From: a candidate division FCPU426 bacterium
GTDB lineage: Bacteria; Oederibacteriota; Muellerivitia; Muellerivitales; Muellerivitaceae
Length of the DNA stretch: 64,000 bases
Assembly: GCA_963738405.1 (NCBI GenBank)
Contig: CAVTWJ010000014.1
Location: 32,001-96,000 of the forward strand
Direction: 5' to 3'
This document shows, piece after piece, positions 46,801-55,057 of this stretch. How positions within the stretch are numbered: position 1 is the first letter of the stretch; every line of letters starts with the position of its first letter. The position numbers were made by a program, and so were the translations under genes. Below the pieces are notes generated by a model. The model was not told where the DNA came from and searched no databases. It saw only the letters and a list, made by a program, of their open reading frames with translations.

Positions 46801-47295
46801 AGATGGAGCGTCCTGATCCTTTCTTAAAACCAGAACCTGGTCCAGCCATTCCGAGGCCGGAAGGGTCTGCTGGAGGGCGCCCTGCAGGGTGGTAATGATG
46901 ACGCAGGCTCCTCCCTGCAGAAGCTGGTAAAAACACCTTTGGCGCTCGCCGATAAGCTCCGGGTCGGGGGTTTCCACGTCCTGCGGCATGATTTCCCAGG
47001 AAGGACAAAGCAGGATGGGAATATCCGGCATCCAGCTAAAAAGGTCATCCTGTAGGCCGAGCGCCTCATCCCGAGTGGGGGTCATGATCAGCCAGGGCTG
47101 GTCTTCCTGGAGATGTTGGTAAAACCACGCCACTAGGAAGGCCTTAGACGACCCGGGTATGCCCTGAAGGAGGGTGCGGGGTTTCATAGACTTCAGAGCG
47201 GCAAGCGATTGCTCCGCCTCAGGCCAATCCAGCTTGGCTAAAACCAGCGGGGAGGTTGGGGTCAAGGGGTTCGGTTTGGAATCGGTTTCCGGCAT
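43807..47295 (-). CDS. mfd: Transcription-repair coupling factor
   Basis: UvrB-like N-terminus, CarD/RID domain, GDVGYGKT, DEEH, TATPIPRTL, TRCF C-terminus. Confidence 0.98.
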   Translation of the reverse strand: MPETDSKPNPLTPTSPLVLAKLDWPEAEQSLAALKSMKPRTLLQGIPGSSKAFLVAWFYQHLQEDQPWLIMTPTRDEALGLQDDLFSWMPDIPILLCPSWEIMPQDVETPDPELIGERQRCFYQLLQGGACVIITTLQGALQQTLPASEWLDQVLVLRKDQDAPSDLKERLVALGYESVTQVVELGQFAMRGGILDLASPGSPSGPVRLEFFGETLVSVRPLNILNQRSGGDISEVYVFPAHEVVVKAETSQNLKAALREKMKEESRWATSALELFTQTRTFPGWEWQAVGALPERQCLLDYLPDKSRLLLLEPLALERKYEELSDKLDACDRQAREEKSDLFPARHLFNDLRSVQKALESGKAFAIGQIVQDLIGEKPDFEFSFQARSLNPYYGKFGAFINDLKKWIAGNERVVLWCHNRGERERLSELLREEKIDPKGTPSLFLALGEVEQGFSLDGIGLKVLPDHDLFRRYRGRRHRRIRTVSGGKALSSLNELSLGDWAVHLDCGICLYRGLTPLTIDEVTRDYIQLEFADNEKIYLPTDQIGLIQRYIGSEGSPVLSKLGGEQWSRTKTKIKKEIEAVARELMALYSTRQAMRKQPFSVDSPWQNEFEDAFLYTLTPGQYQAVVDVKKDMESDRVMDRLVCGDVGYGKTEVAMRAAFKAVQDKRQVAVLVPTTILAQQHFNTFKDRMADYPVKIALLSRFRSPKEIKETLDKAREGEIDILIGTHRLIMKDVKLPNLGLLVIDEEHRFGVAQKEKMKSIKKDVDVLTLTATPIPRTLHMSLSGIREISVIDTPPRNRMSVLSQVAPMDDKLLGEAIRREINREGQVFYVHNHVKDIERIADHLHAVVPEAKLAVAHGQLQEHELESIMMDFIDREYDVLVCTSIIESGLDMPNVNTLIVERADHMGLSQLYQLKGRVGRTDRQAYAYFFYPRHMTLKELAQKRLEVLQEFSSLGSGLHIAMKDMEIRGAGNVLGTQQHGNMEAIGFELYSRMLSQEVAHLKGESFTDDFTPQLTLGVTAYFPKEYIPDEGLKIEFYRRLAEAGESLSGIEEELKDRFGPLPPEAQMLLTVASFRPLTKGLGVQRLEAQGGWVSLQWHPSHSPDPARVQKWFKQYPPSRIRFSPQDPNTVSFRVAKGDETQEQRLAAVERLLKDLQKG

Positions 47296-47517
47296 GAATT
47301 TAGAAGGGCCCTTTCAAGAGATCCGCAAATACAAACAGGGCTTCCCGCGCCCGTAGGGGGCAGAAAACCCGGAAAATGTAAGAAATTGTGCGTGAATCTT
47401 GCCTAGTGGGGGAAGGATTGTCAAGCAAGGTAGAAAAAGGTAAAAAAAAGCCTTCGAGGAAATCCAGCGGGCTTTAGAAGCCGGGCATGATCCGCCCCTC
47501 CTTCAGGAGGGAGAAGG

Positions 47518-47676
47518 TCAACGATCCGGGCTTAAGGACGGAACCAGGGTTAAAAGAAAAATACATTCGGGGCAGGTTAAGAGGTGGTATTCCACCTCAG
47601 CTTTTTCCTTTTCCCCAAGGGTTCCAAGCCTGTATTCATTCAATAGTCTTTTAATTCTCTCGCAATTCTCATCCAT
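47518..47676 (-). CDS. Stand-alone zf-HC2 (zinc anti-sigma-like) peptide, 52 aa
   Basis: C..IKRLLNEY..G.L....VEYHLLTCPEC (HxxxCxxC); GAGGGGAG RBS. Confidence 0.75.
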   Translation of the reverse strand: MDENCERIKRLLNEYRLGTLGEKEKAEVEYHLLTCPECIFLLTLVPSLSPDR

Positions 47677-47793
47677 AGCTCCCCTCGCTTTCAGTGTCCT
47701 AAAAGGCTTCGTTTCAGGCACTTCATTGATCCAGCGCTTTAAAAACCAAGGCGTCGCTGGCAAGCGGGCGGCTTAGGTTATGAGTATATGAAA

Positions 47794-47810
47794 AGCATCA
47801 TCCATGCCAA
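47794..47810 (-). promoter_or_regulatory. Putative sigma54 -24/-12 promoter
   Basis: Minus-strand TTGGCATGGATGATGCT with exact GG-N10-GC spacing. Confidence 0.6.
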
Positions 47811-48010
47811 AACAAGGTGAAGGTGTAACATTAAAACAGCCATTATTTAAGGATTTCTAAGCATTTGGGGGAAGGTAACGGTTTAACCCGCACAATAGTT
47901 TACCGTTATGAGCCAATAATTTGCCATTTTAGTTAAATGTTTTACGTTAAAACCAAATTCAGGATTCAATATGCCTTTTAATTGGCTAGATAAAAGCTTT
48001 ATTAAGAGAA

Positions 48011-48679
48011 TCAAAAAGTCAGAAATTGACTCGAAAAATGGAATAAGACCAGGGCACTACTAATGGCCAGGGCAGAGCCAATAGGAACCGTAAGGTTATC
48101 ATCCAAATCAAACGAAAAAAGTTCGACCAGGGCCCCGGCCAAGGCCCCAAAAACCGCGACCCTAAAATCTCCCAACAAAGCGAATGCCACAGTAAAAGCT
48201 ACTAAAAAGAAGGAAAGGCTTCCCTCCAATGAGCGTTCAAAGATTTTCATTCGACCGAAGTTTTTTCCGCCTAATTCAGCCGCCGCGTCACCCAAAGAGA
48301 GAAAAAGCATCGCTGTCACCGCCACAGGCCTGGAAAAAAAATAAATCACAATAAAAAATGCCAACAAAAGAAAGGTGGAGCCGTTCAACCGATTAGTTTC
48401 GGTCTGACGGATTAAAAACGAAAATTGAGCCATGAATTGCGAATTAAACCGGCGATCCGCAAGACGGAACAGGTCAAAACAAAGCGAGGCCAAAAAACAA
48501 ACCCCCGAAAACCAAAGCAAGAAAACCCTTGCCTGAGATGGGAGTGAATGCGCCGGGGGATAAAGATATAAAAGAGGAAAAAGGGAGGAAGCCAAGACGT
48601 GGAAAACCTTCCTAAACCCCTGGAAGGGTTTTCGAATGGCGGGTTGAGATCCTAAGGTGTTGATGCTGGCGTCGATCAA
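48011..48679 (-). CDS. CTP-dependent polyprenol/diacylglycerol kinase family protein
   Basis: RKVFH, LGDAAAELGG..FG, RSLEGS, DDNLTVP. Confidence 0.88.
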   Translation of the reverse strand: MIDASINTLGSQPAIRKPFQGFRKVFHVLASSLFPLLYLYPPAHSLPSQARVFLLWFSGVCFLASLCFDLFRLADRRFNSQFMAQFSFLIRQTETNRLNGSTFLLLAFFIVIYFFSRPVAVTAMLFLSLGDAAAELGGKNFGRMKIFERSLEGSLSFFLVAFTVAFALLGDFRVAVFGALAGALVELFSFDLDDNLTVPIGSALAISSALVLFHFSSQFLTF

Positions 48680-48810
48680 ACAGATCCCCTTCGTTTACGA
48701 TATTTCGAAATTAACAGTTTCTCAGCCCTTTGGAAACGATTGAGGCTGCTTTAATACCCTATCCGAAACCAGCGAATATGAACCGGAGGCGATCTTAACA
48801 GGTATCCCTT

Positions 48811-49305
48811 CTACCATTCATCCATCGTTGAGCGCTGGGGAAAAATCCTTTGCTCTTCCAAAAACTTGGACCGGCGTTGCAACGCTTCCGTCACCTTGTC
48901 CTTCATGCTTTTAAGCTTGAAAGGTTTGGCCAGGTAATCGCAGGCCCCCCTTTTCAAGGCTTCGATACCGACTGAAAAAGACCCATAGGCCGTCATGAGA
49001 ATAACGAATATTCGCTTATCCCTCAATTTCAGGTATTGGAGCAATTCCAACCCCGTCATTTCGGGCATTCTTAAATCGACCAAGGCCAAATCGTAGGCGT
49101 TCTTTCTCTGCAACGCGATGGCTTGCGTGGCGCTTTGCGCGATATCGACCCGGTATCCTGATTGGCCGAGGCTGGTTTGAATCATCTTGGCGAAATCAAT
49201 TTCATCGTCTACGACCAACAGCCTAGCCTTAGACCCCGATTTGGATCGCGACTTGGGCCGCGTTTTTTTCGCAGGGGCCCTTTTTGCTTTTGGCGAAAAA
49301 CCCAT
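48811..49305 (-). CDS. Single-domain response regulator (NtrC-like receiver)
   Basis: VVDDE, DLRMP, MTAY, KPF; no output domain. Confidence 0.92.
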   Translation of the reverse strand: MGFSPKAKRAPAKKTRPKSRSKSGSKARLLVVDDEIDFAKMIQTSLGQSGYRVDIAQSATQAIALQRKNAYDLALVDLRMPEMTGLELLQYLKLRDKRIFVILMTAYGSFSVGIEALKRGACDYLAKPFKLKSMKDKVTEALQRRSKFLEEQRIFPQRSTMDEW

Positions 49306-49307
49306 AA

Positions 49308-50708
49308 TCAGGAATCCTTTCCGTCTGTGCGGCCATTATAGCCCAAAAGACCCTCATCCATCCCTTTCTGGGCGGATAAACCCTCCGCTGGGAAAAGAAT
49401 GGTAAAGCAAGCCCCCTCTCCGGGCCTGCTTTCCACCGATAGGGTGCCGCGGTGCTCGTCTACGACCCTTTTGACGATAGCGAGTCCCAAACCCGTCCCC
49501 TTGCCGAAACCCTTCGTGGAATAAAAAGGTTCGAAGATTCGTTTCAAATCTTTCAACGGAATGCCTTTGCCCGTGTCCCTTACCGTCACTTTAATTTCAC
49601 CCCTTTGATCCGCCGCGCTTAACCGCATGGGCCGAAATTGAAACTTCGCGGTCAGTGTAATCAATCCCCCGGGTCCAATAGAATCCAGAGCGTTTTCCAA
49701 AAGATTCAAATGGGCTTGAAAAAGACCCTCCGTATAGGCCATCAAATGGGGAAGCTTGGGATCCACATCCAAAATCAACTTTGCTTCTTTCTCTTTCAGC
49801 TTAGGTTGGATGGCCTGCACCGCAGCCTGAAGGATTTGCGAAAAGTTGACCGGCTTGACCTCGGAGAGGCTTTGCCGGGAGTAATCAAGCACATCCCGTA
49901 CCGTATGGATGGCCCGTTGGACAAATTGATCGATTTGGGCCAATTGCTTATAGGTTTTGCTGTCCTTGCGCGTCTCCCCCATCAAGAGTTCTAGATTTCC
50001 TGAAATCAGTCCTAGGGGTGTGTTGACCCCGTGGGCTATACGACCCGTCAATTCGCCCATTTGAATAAAATGGCGCTTTTGTTCCAAGGATTTTTCCCGC
50101 GTTCGAATCCGCTCTTCCCTTGACCAAACTTGCCGCATCAGGACAAAACACAGCACGGTCGTCATCACCAGGAAAAACTCCCAACGGATTCCCTGATGTA
50201 AATAAGCAGCGCGCCGAAATTCGAGGGTTGATTTTTCTAAGATCCCAGAAAAGGGGTTGATGTCCCCCGCGTCAAAAACTAGGGGAAGCCTCCAGGCGTA
50301 ATCCAGGTATAGGGTACCGACACAAACGATTAAAACCCAAGCTACCACCCAGACGGCCCTTTTGGGAGGCAGGGTCATCAGGGCCGCGACCAGAATCAAA
50401 AGAAAAATGGGCATGTAGTTGCTGACTGGCCCACCCGAAACCGAGATCCATAAACCGGCTAGGAAGGTGTCGACCACCATCACAGCCGGAAGAAGCAAGC
50501 CGATGATCCGCCGCATTCCCCCCAAGGCTAAAAACACCAAACTCAAGGCCATAGCTAAAAGAAGAATGTCCCACCCCGCCTCCACTGAAACGGATTGGGT
50601 TCGGGACCCCTCCCCAAGCCACAACAAAAGGATTAATAGGCTCAAGCAAAGTGTGCGGGCCCGAAGAAGATATCGGAACGATTGGCTTTCTGTTTCGATG
50701 GAAGACAA
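49308..50708 (-). CDS. Membrane sensor histidine kinase
   Basis: Multi-TM N-terminus; IAHGVNTPL H-box, NLLENA, DTGKGI, FEPFYSTK, GTGLGL. Confidence 0.92.
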   Translation of the reverse strand: MSSIETESQSFRYLLRARTLCLSLLILLLWLGEGSRTQSVSVEAGWDILLLAMALSLVFLALGGMRRIIGLLLPAVMVVDTFLAGLWISVSGGPVSNYMPIFLLILVAALMTLPPKRAVWVVAWVLIVCVGTLYLDYAWRLPLVFDAGDINPFSGILEKSTLEFRRAAYLHQGIRWEFFLVMTTVLCFVLMRQVWSREERIRTREKSLEQKRHFIQMGELTGRIAHGVNTPLGLISGNLELLMGETRKDSKTYKQLAQIDQFVQRAIHTVRDVLDYSRQSLSEVKPVNFSQILQAAVQAIQPKLKEKEAKLILDVDPKLPHLMAYTEGLFQAHLNLLENALDSIGPGGLITLTAKFQFRPMRLSAADQRGEIKVTVRDTGKGIPLKDLKRIFEPFYSTKGFGKGTGLGLAIVKRVVDEHRGTLSVESRPGEGACFTILFPAEGLSAQKGMDEGLLGYNGRTDGKDS

Positions 50709-50717
50709 GGGAGCTCC

Positions 50718-51050
50718 TTATGAGCGAACCCGGGAAAGGCTTTCCCGGACCCATTTGGAATAAGCGGTGGAAACCTTTTGAGTCGGCAGGGCTAAAATCT
50801 CACAAACGCTGTAGGGATGGTGCGCCCTCACCCATTTTTCCAGGCCAGGCCATTTCGAAGGCATTGTCTTTACGATAAGCATCTCTTCTTGTGCGGTTTC
50901 AATCTTTCCCTTCCACCAATATCGGCTAGCTAATCCAGGAATCCGGTTAACACAGGCGGCCCATCTTCCCTTCAAAAGCCCCAAAGAAAGTTGCTCACTG
51001 GTTTTCCGATCCGGTGTAGTAATAAAAACGATTAAAACGGTTCGACTCAT
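50718..51050 (-). CDS. cutA: CutA family protein
   Basis: AACVN, SRYWWKG, HPYSVCEI. Confidence 0.93.
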   Translation of the reverse strand: MSRTVLIVFITTPDRKTSEQLSLGLLKGRWAACVNRIPGLASRYWWKGKIETAQEEMLIVKTMPSKWPGLEKWVRAHHPYSVCEILALPTQKVSTAYSKWVRESLSRVRS

Positions 51051-52285
51051 GAATCCACGCCTCGATTTGGAATCAAATCAAATCTCTTTTCCCCATCGCT
51101 GGCGCGGGTCACTCGAACCTCGGAAACCGCTGGAGCCGTTTGGCCTGTGCGGCCCTCCCCAGGCAAGGCGTAAACTCTAGCGCCATCAGCCACCTCTACC
51201 ATCTCCGCCAGTCTGTTTTTAGAAAGTATTTCCAATCTGCGGCCAATGGAAATCGCGTCCAGCCCCATGAAGGCCTGAAGATCCGTGTTGGAAGCCATCG
51301 TCCGGCCCGCCTTAGCGAGGAAATAAAGAAGCTTCTTGCATACCAAATCAAGCTTCAAATGCTCGTTGACCGCCTCGAATAGATCTTGATACTCGACCCT
51401 TAGGCCCCGCCTTTGGCTTCCCCTCATCATGGCTTCGGAGATGAGATAAAGAAACCGCCTCGGGTTGCCTGCTGAGATGGCCAGGGCCAAGGTGAGGGCT
51501 TCGGGTTCGAGAAAAGCGTCCAACGAACCCTTGAAGCTGGCCTTTTGAAGGCGAAGTTCAAGAAGCTGTCTTAACTCGCTTGAGGTGAATTTTTCCACTA
51601 GTACCATGTGTCGGAAAAGCCCCAGCACTGTGGGCTCGGCGCCTTCTTTTACAACTTGGGCTACTTTGGCGTAAAACTCTTCCTGCAAGGCAACGACAAA
51701 ACTGATTCGGGGAAGCTCCAAGAGAGACTTTAACTCTTCCAAAAGCTGCAAGGTTCTCTCCGAACGCGTAAGGTGCTGGATTCGATCCCCTTTGATTTTT
51801 TCCAAATCATCCACGAATACGATAAGAGGCTTTCTGAGCCGGACGGTTATGGTTTTAACCACTAGAAAAACCCCGTTTTTGCTCAAGTCCCCCTTTTCCA
51901 AACGACTTTCAACGTCTTTCAATAAGAGGCCCTTGGGGCGCGGCAAGACCACCAGCATTTCACGGAGCAGTTCACCTAAAAAATAAGAAGCATCGTCAAG
52001 CGGCACTCCGATGGCGAGACTGTGGAAATCTTTAGGAACTCGACTTTGAAGAATCTTCAAGAGACTGCTTTTTCCCACCCCTGGTTCTCCAGCAACCCCC
52101 GCGTTGGCCTGGGAGAGCATGGCCGAGGTTAATCGCTCGAGAATCTCTTCGCGGCCTATGAAATAATTTAGATTGTGGTCCCGAAGGGAAAGGGTCGTGA
52201 AGGGATCGTACTTTAATCCAAACTGACGGTAGGCGGCACCTGCGGTTTTGATAACGGAATTTTTGGAGCGGTTCTTTTTTTTCAT
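51047..52285 (-). CDS. AAA+ ATPase with a C-terminal winged-helix-like region
   Basis: FGLKYDPF, FIGRE, GEPGVGKS, VFVDDLEK, GNPR. Confidence 0.85.
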   Translation of the reverse strand: MKKKNRSKNSVIKTAGAAYRQFGLKYDPFTTLSLRDHNLNYFIGREEILERLTSAMLSQANAGVAGEPGVGKSSLLKILQSRVPKDFHSLAIGVPLDDASYFLGELLREMLVVLPRPKGLLLKDVESRLEKGDLSKNGVFLVVKTITVRLRKPLIVFVDDLEKIKGDRIQHLTRSERTLQLLEELKSLLELPRISFVVALQEEFYAKVAQVVKEGAEPTVLGLFRHMVLVEKFTSSELRQLLELRLQKASFKGSLDAFLEPEALTLALAISAGNPRRFLYLISEAMMRGSQRRGLRVEYQDLFEAVNEHLKLDLVCKKLLYFLAKAGRTMASNTDLQAFMGLDAISIGRRLEILSKNRLAEMVEVADGARVYALPGEGRTGQTAPAVSEVRVTRASDGEKRFDLIPNRGVDS

Positions 52286-52342
52286 GGTTCCCAGGCTTCT
52301 TTGGAAAAACCCGCTCCTACTTAAGAAAAGCGGAGAAAGATT

Positions 52343-53380
52343 TTATCGGCTCATCGTCAATCGCTCACCGTTCACCAGATAGGGCGTAATCAATCCGGTT
52401 TTCCCTTTGATCTGAACCGCTGGAAGGGCGGTCATATCAAAATAATCATGGCAGACATCCGCCATTTCATCGTTGACCAAAACCTGGCCATGCTTGGCGA
52501 TACCGCAAAGACGGGAGGCCAAATTAACCGTATCACCGATCAACGTGAATTCCATGCGGTTGGCGGAGCCCAGATTACCCACAATGGCCGTTCCGGCGGT
52601 AATGCCAACCCCCAGCCCTATTTCCACCGGCTTGCTGTAGGAGACTTTAAAAGCCTTGTTGAGCATTTCGAACCGGTCCTGCATTTGCAAGGCGGTGCGT
52701 AAAACCATTTTGGAAGCATCTCCCTCGTTTCCATAGGGCCGACGGAAATAGGCAAAGATGGCATCCCCAATGTACTTGTTGATGTCTCCGCCGTTTTGGG
52801 TGATGACTTCCTGCATGGCGGTAAACATTTTATTGAGAATTTCGACCGTTTCCTCGGGCTTCAACATTTCGGTCATCCGGGTGAAACTTCGCAAGTCCGA
52901 AAAGAGAACGTAAACCCTGCGGAGTTCGCCGCCCAATTCGGCGCGGGCGGCCTTGGAGGCCGCCTGGGTTGAAACGCTCGATCCCACGTATTTTTCCAGG
53001 GTCTGCTGCGTTTCTTTCGCCTTGTCCGCCAGGGTCCGGTATTCGGACGCGGCGGTACGGATAATAAGCCTTTGATTTTCTCCTAGGGTCCAGGGAAGAA
53101 AATTTTTCACCCTTTCATATTTAAAGGGAAGTATTTGATTTTCCAAAAACGACGTTTGAAGATCGGCCATGAGGGCGGCCTTGTCAGTCCATGTGACGAT
53201 TCCCCACCAAAGAAGAAGCAAAATTCCAGCCCCGATTGAAATCCACTCCACTTCCACGGGATTGTCCAAAAATTGGGAAGCGACGACCCCCGTCAATACC
53301 GTCAATAGGATAAGTAGGCCTAAAAGGCCGAAAAAACGGTTAATGTGGGATAAAAATTTTATGAGGACGGACGGCAACAC
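52343..53380 (-). CDS. Class III adenylate cyclase with 2 TM helices; start approximate
   Basis: LFSDLRSFT, NKYIGDA, FTLIGDTVNLASRL, IKGK. Confidence 0.92.
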   Translation of the reverse strand: MLPSVLIKFLSHINRFFGLLGLLILLTVLTGVVASQFLDNPVEVEWISIGAGILLLLWWGIVTWTDKAALMADLQTSFLENQILPFKYERVKNFLPWTLGENQRLIIRTAASEYRTLADKAKETQQTLEKYVGSSVSTQAASKAARAELGGELRRVYVLFSDLRSFTRMTEMLKPEETVEILNKMFTAMQEVITQNGGDINKYIGDAIFAYFRRPYGNEGDASKMVLRTALQMQDRFEMLNKAFKVSYSKPVEIGLGVGITAGTAIVGNLGSANRMEFTLIGDTVNLASRLCGIAKHGQVLVNDEMADVCHDYFDMTALPAVQIKGKTGLITPYLVNGERLTMSR

Positions 53381-53487
53381 GGTAAAACCTTTGAAAAATA
53401 GGATGAAAGGGATTCGGCTTGAGGGCAGTTTATCGCAAAAGGAAAAGGAAAAACATATGCAAAAAGCGGTGTTTTGATTGCACAAAT

Positions 53488-54918
53488 CTAAACTTGTGTC
53501 AAATCCTTGCCCGCCAAGCGGAGTTTTTCTAAACCTTCGGGGGTTCGGGCCTCCACGTAGCAACGCATGAGCGGTTCGGTACCCGAAAAGCGAACCATCA
53601 ACCATTCTCCGCCGTCCAAGAGAAACTTCACCCCGTCCTTACGGACGATATCAATGACTTTCTTTCCGGCCAGGTCGGTAGGTGGGTTGTCTTTAAGTTT
53701 TGCGGTCATCACTTCTTTCAAACCGTCCTTCAATTTGATGTTGAGCCGATCCGAATAAAAAGCGCCGTATTGCTGGTGAAGTCCCTTTAGAATCGCGGTC
53801 AGAGTCTTGCCTTCTTGGGCAACGACCTCTGCCATTAAAAGGTTCGCAAGTATCCCGTCTTTTTCAGGCACATGTCCGTGAACCGTCAGCCCGCCCGATT
53901 CCTCCCCGCCGATAATGATGGATTCTTGGGACATGATTTCCGCGATGTACTTGAACCCGACGGGCGTTTCTTTTAACTCCACGTTGTTGGCCTTCGCGAT
54001 GGCGTCCATCAAACTGGTAGTGGCGACCGTCCTCACCACACACCCCTTCCAATCGCGTGTCTTCAAAAGGTGGGCGAAAAGAATGGGCAAGACCTGATTA
54101 GGCGTTATAAAAGTTCCATCGGCATCAATTACCCCAAAACGGTCCGCGTCGCCATCGTTGGCGAGTCCCAGATGTGCTGGTAGGGTTTTGACCAAGTTGA
54201 TGGCTTCCTGCAGTTCTTCTTCGCCCGGTTCGGGGTGGTGCCCCGCCCCCCCAAAAAAGGGATCACGGGTATTGTGCATCACCTTGACGTTGACACCCGC
54301 TTCCTGAAGCAAGCTGTCCATATAGCCCAATCCATTGCCATGCATCAGGTCCACCACGATTTTCAGACGAGCCTTACGCAAGGTGTCCATTTGAACTAAT
54401 TGGCGGATCCGCTCAAAGTAGGCGGGCTTGGGATCAATAGGGACCACCAACCCCTTGGATTCGGCCTCGGAATAACTCAGTTCTGGAACCTTGCCTCCCT
54501 GCGTGCCGATGCTTTCTGCCAAGGCTTCCAATTCCAGGGTGACCTGCACGGGTGCCGGACCCCCGTCGGAGCCATTGAACTTGAGCCCCTGATAGGCCGC
54601 GGGATTGTGGCTAGCGGTAAAATTAATGGAACCCGCCGTTTTTCGCCGAACCAGTTCGTAAGAAACCGTCGGGGTGGGGGTGCCTACCGGGCATACGAAG
54701 GAAGTGATCCCGTATCCCGCCAAAACCTTAATCGTTAGCTGTATGAATTCTTCGGTCAGGAAACGATAGTCCCCCGCCACCACCACGCCTTTGGAAGCCT
54801 CACCCGTTTTTTGAAGGTGTTGGGCAATAGCCGCCACCGCAATCTTGACGTTAGCGAAAGTAAAATCTTCCGCAAGGATGGCGCGCCAACCAGAGGTGCC
54901 AAAAGTTATTTTTGCCAT
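53488..54918 (-). CDS. Phosphoglucomutase/phosphomannomutase
   Basis: FGTSGWR, TASHNP, DGDADR, GEESG, RFSGTEP. Confidence 0.95.
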   Translation of the reverse strand: MAKITFGTSGWRAILAEDFTFANVKIAVAAIAQHLQKTGEASKGVVVAGDYRFLTEEFIQLTIKVLAGYGITSFVCPVGTPTPTVSYELVRRKTAGSINFTASHNPAAYQGLKFNGSDGGPAPVQVTLELEALAESIGTQGGKVPELSYSEAESKGLVVPIDPKPAYFERIRQLVQMDTLRKARLKIVVDLMHGNGLGYMDSLLQEAGVNVKVMHNTRDPFFGGAGHHPEPGEEELQEAINLVKTLPAHLGLANDGDADRFGVIDADGTFITPNQVLPILFAHLLKTRDWKGCVVRTVATTSLMDAIAKANNVELKETPVGFKYIAEIMSQESIIIGGEESGGLTVHGHVPEKDGILANLLMAEVVAQEGKTLTAILKGLHQQYGAFYSDRLNIKLKDGLKEVMTAKLKDNPPTDLAGKKVIDIVRKDGVKFLLDGGEWLMVRFSGTEPLMRCYVEARTPEGLEKLRLAGKDLTQV

Positions 54919-54965
54919 GGGGGCTAGTTCCTTAAGGGAATAGGAAGGAGGTGAAAGTGTAAGGA

Positions 54966-54999
54966 AAAAGAAAAAGGGACGCAATGGGTTTGCGCCCCT
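54966..54999 (-). terminator. Terminator-like hairpin between the nucleotidyltransferase and PGM/PMM genes
   Basis: Minus-strand AGGGGCGCAA..TTGCGTCCCT followed by TTTTCTTTT. Confidence 0.65.
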
Positions 55000-55057
55000 G
55001 AATTCTCGTGAAACTAAAATTTCCAACAAGTTGATTTCCAGCTACCTCCTCAATAAA

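Noticed and set aside
55000..55015. parS-like GAATTCTCGTGAAACT
   Set aside because: Only 11 of 16 matches to TGTTTCACGTGAAACA; I found no convincing parS by eye
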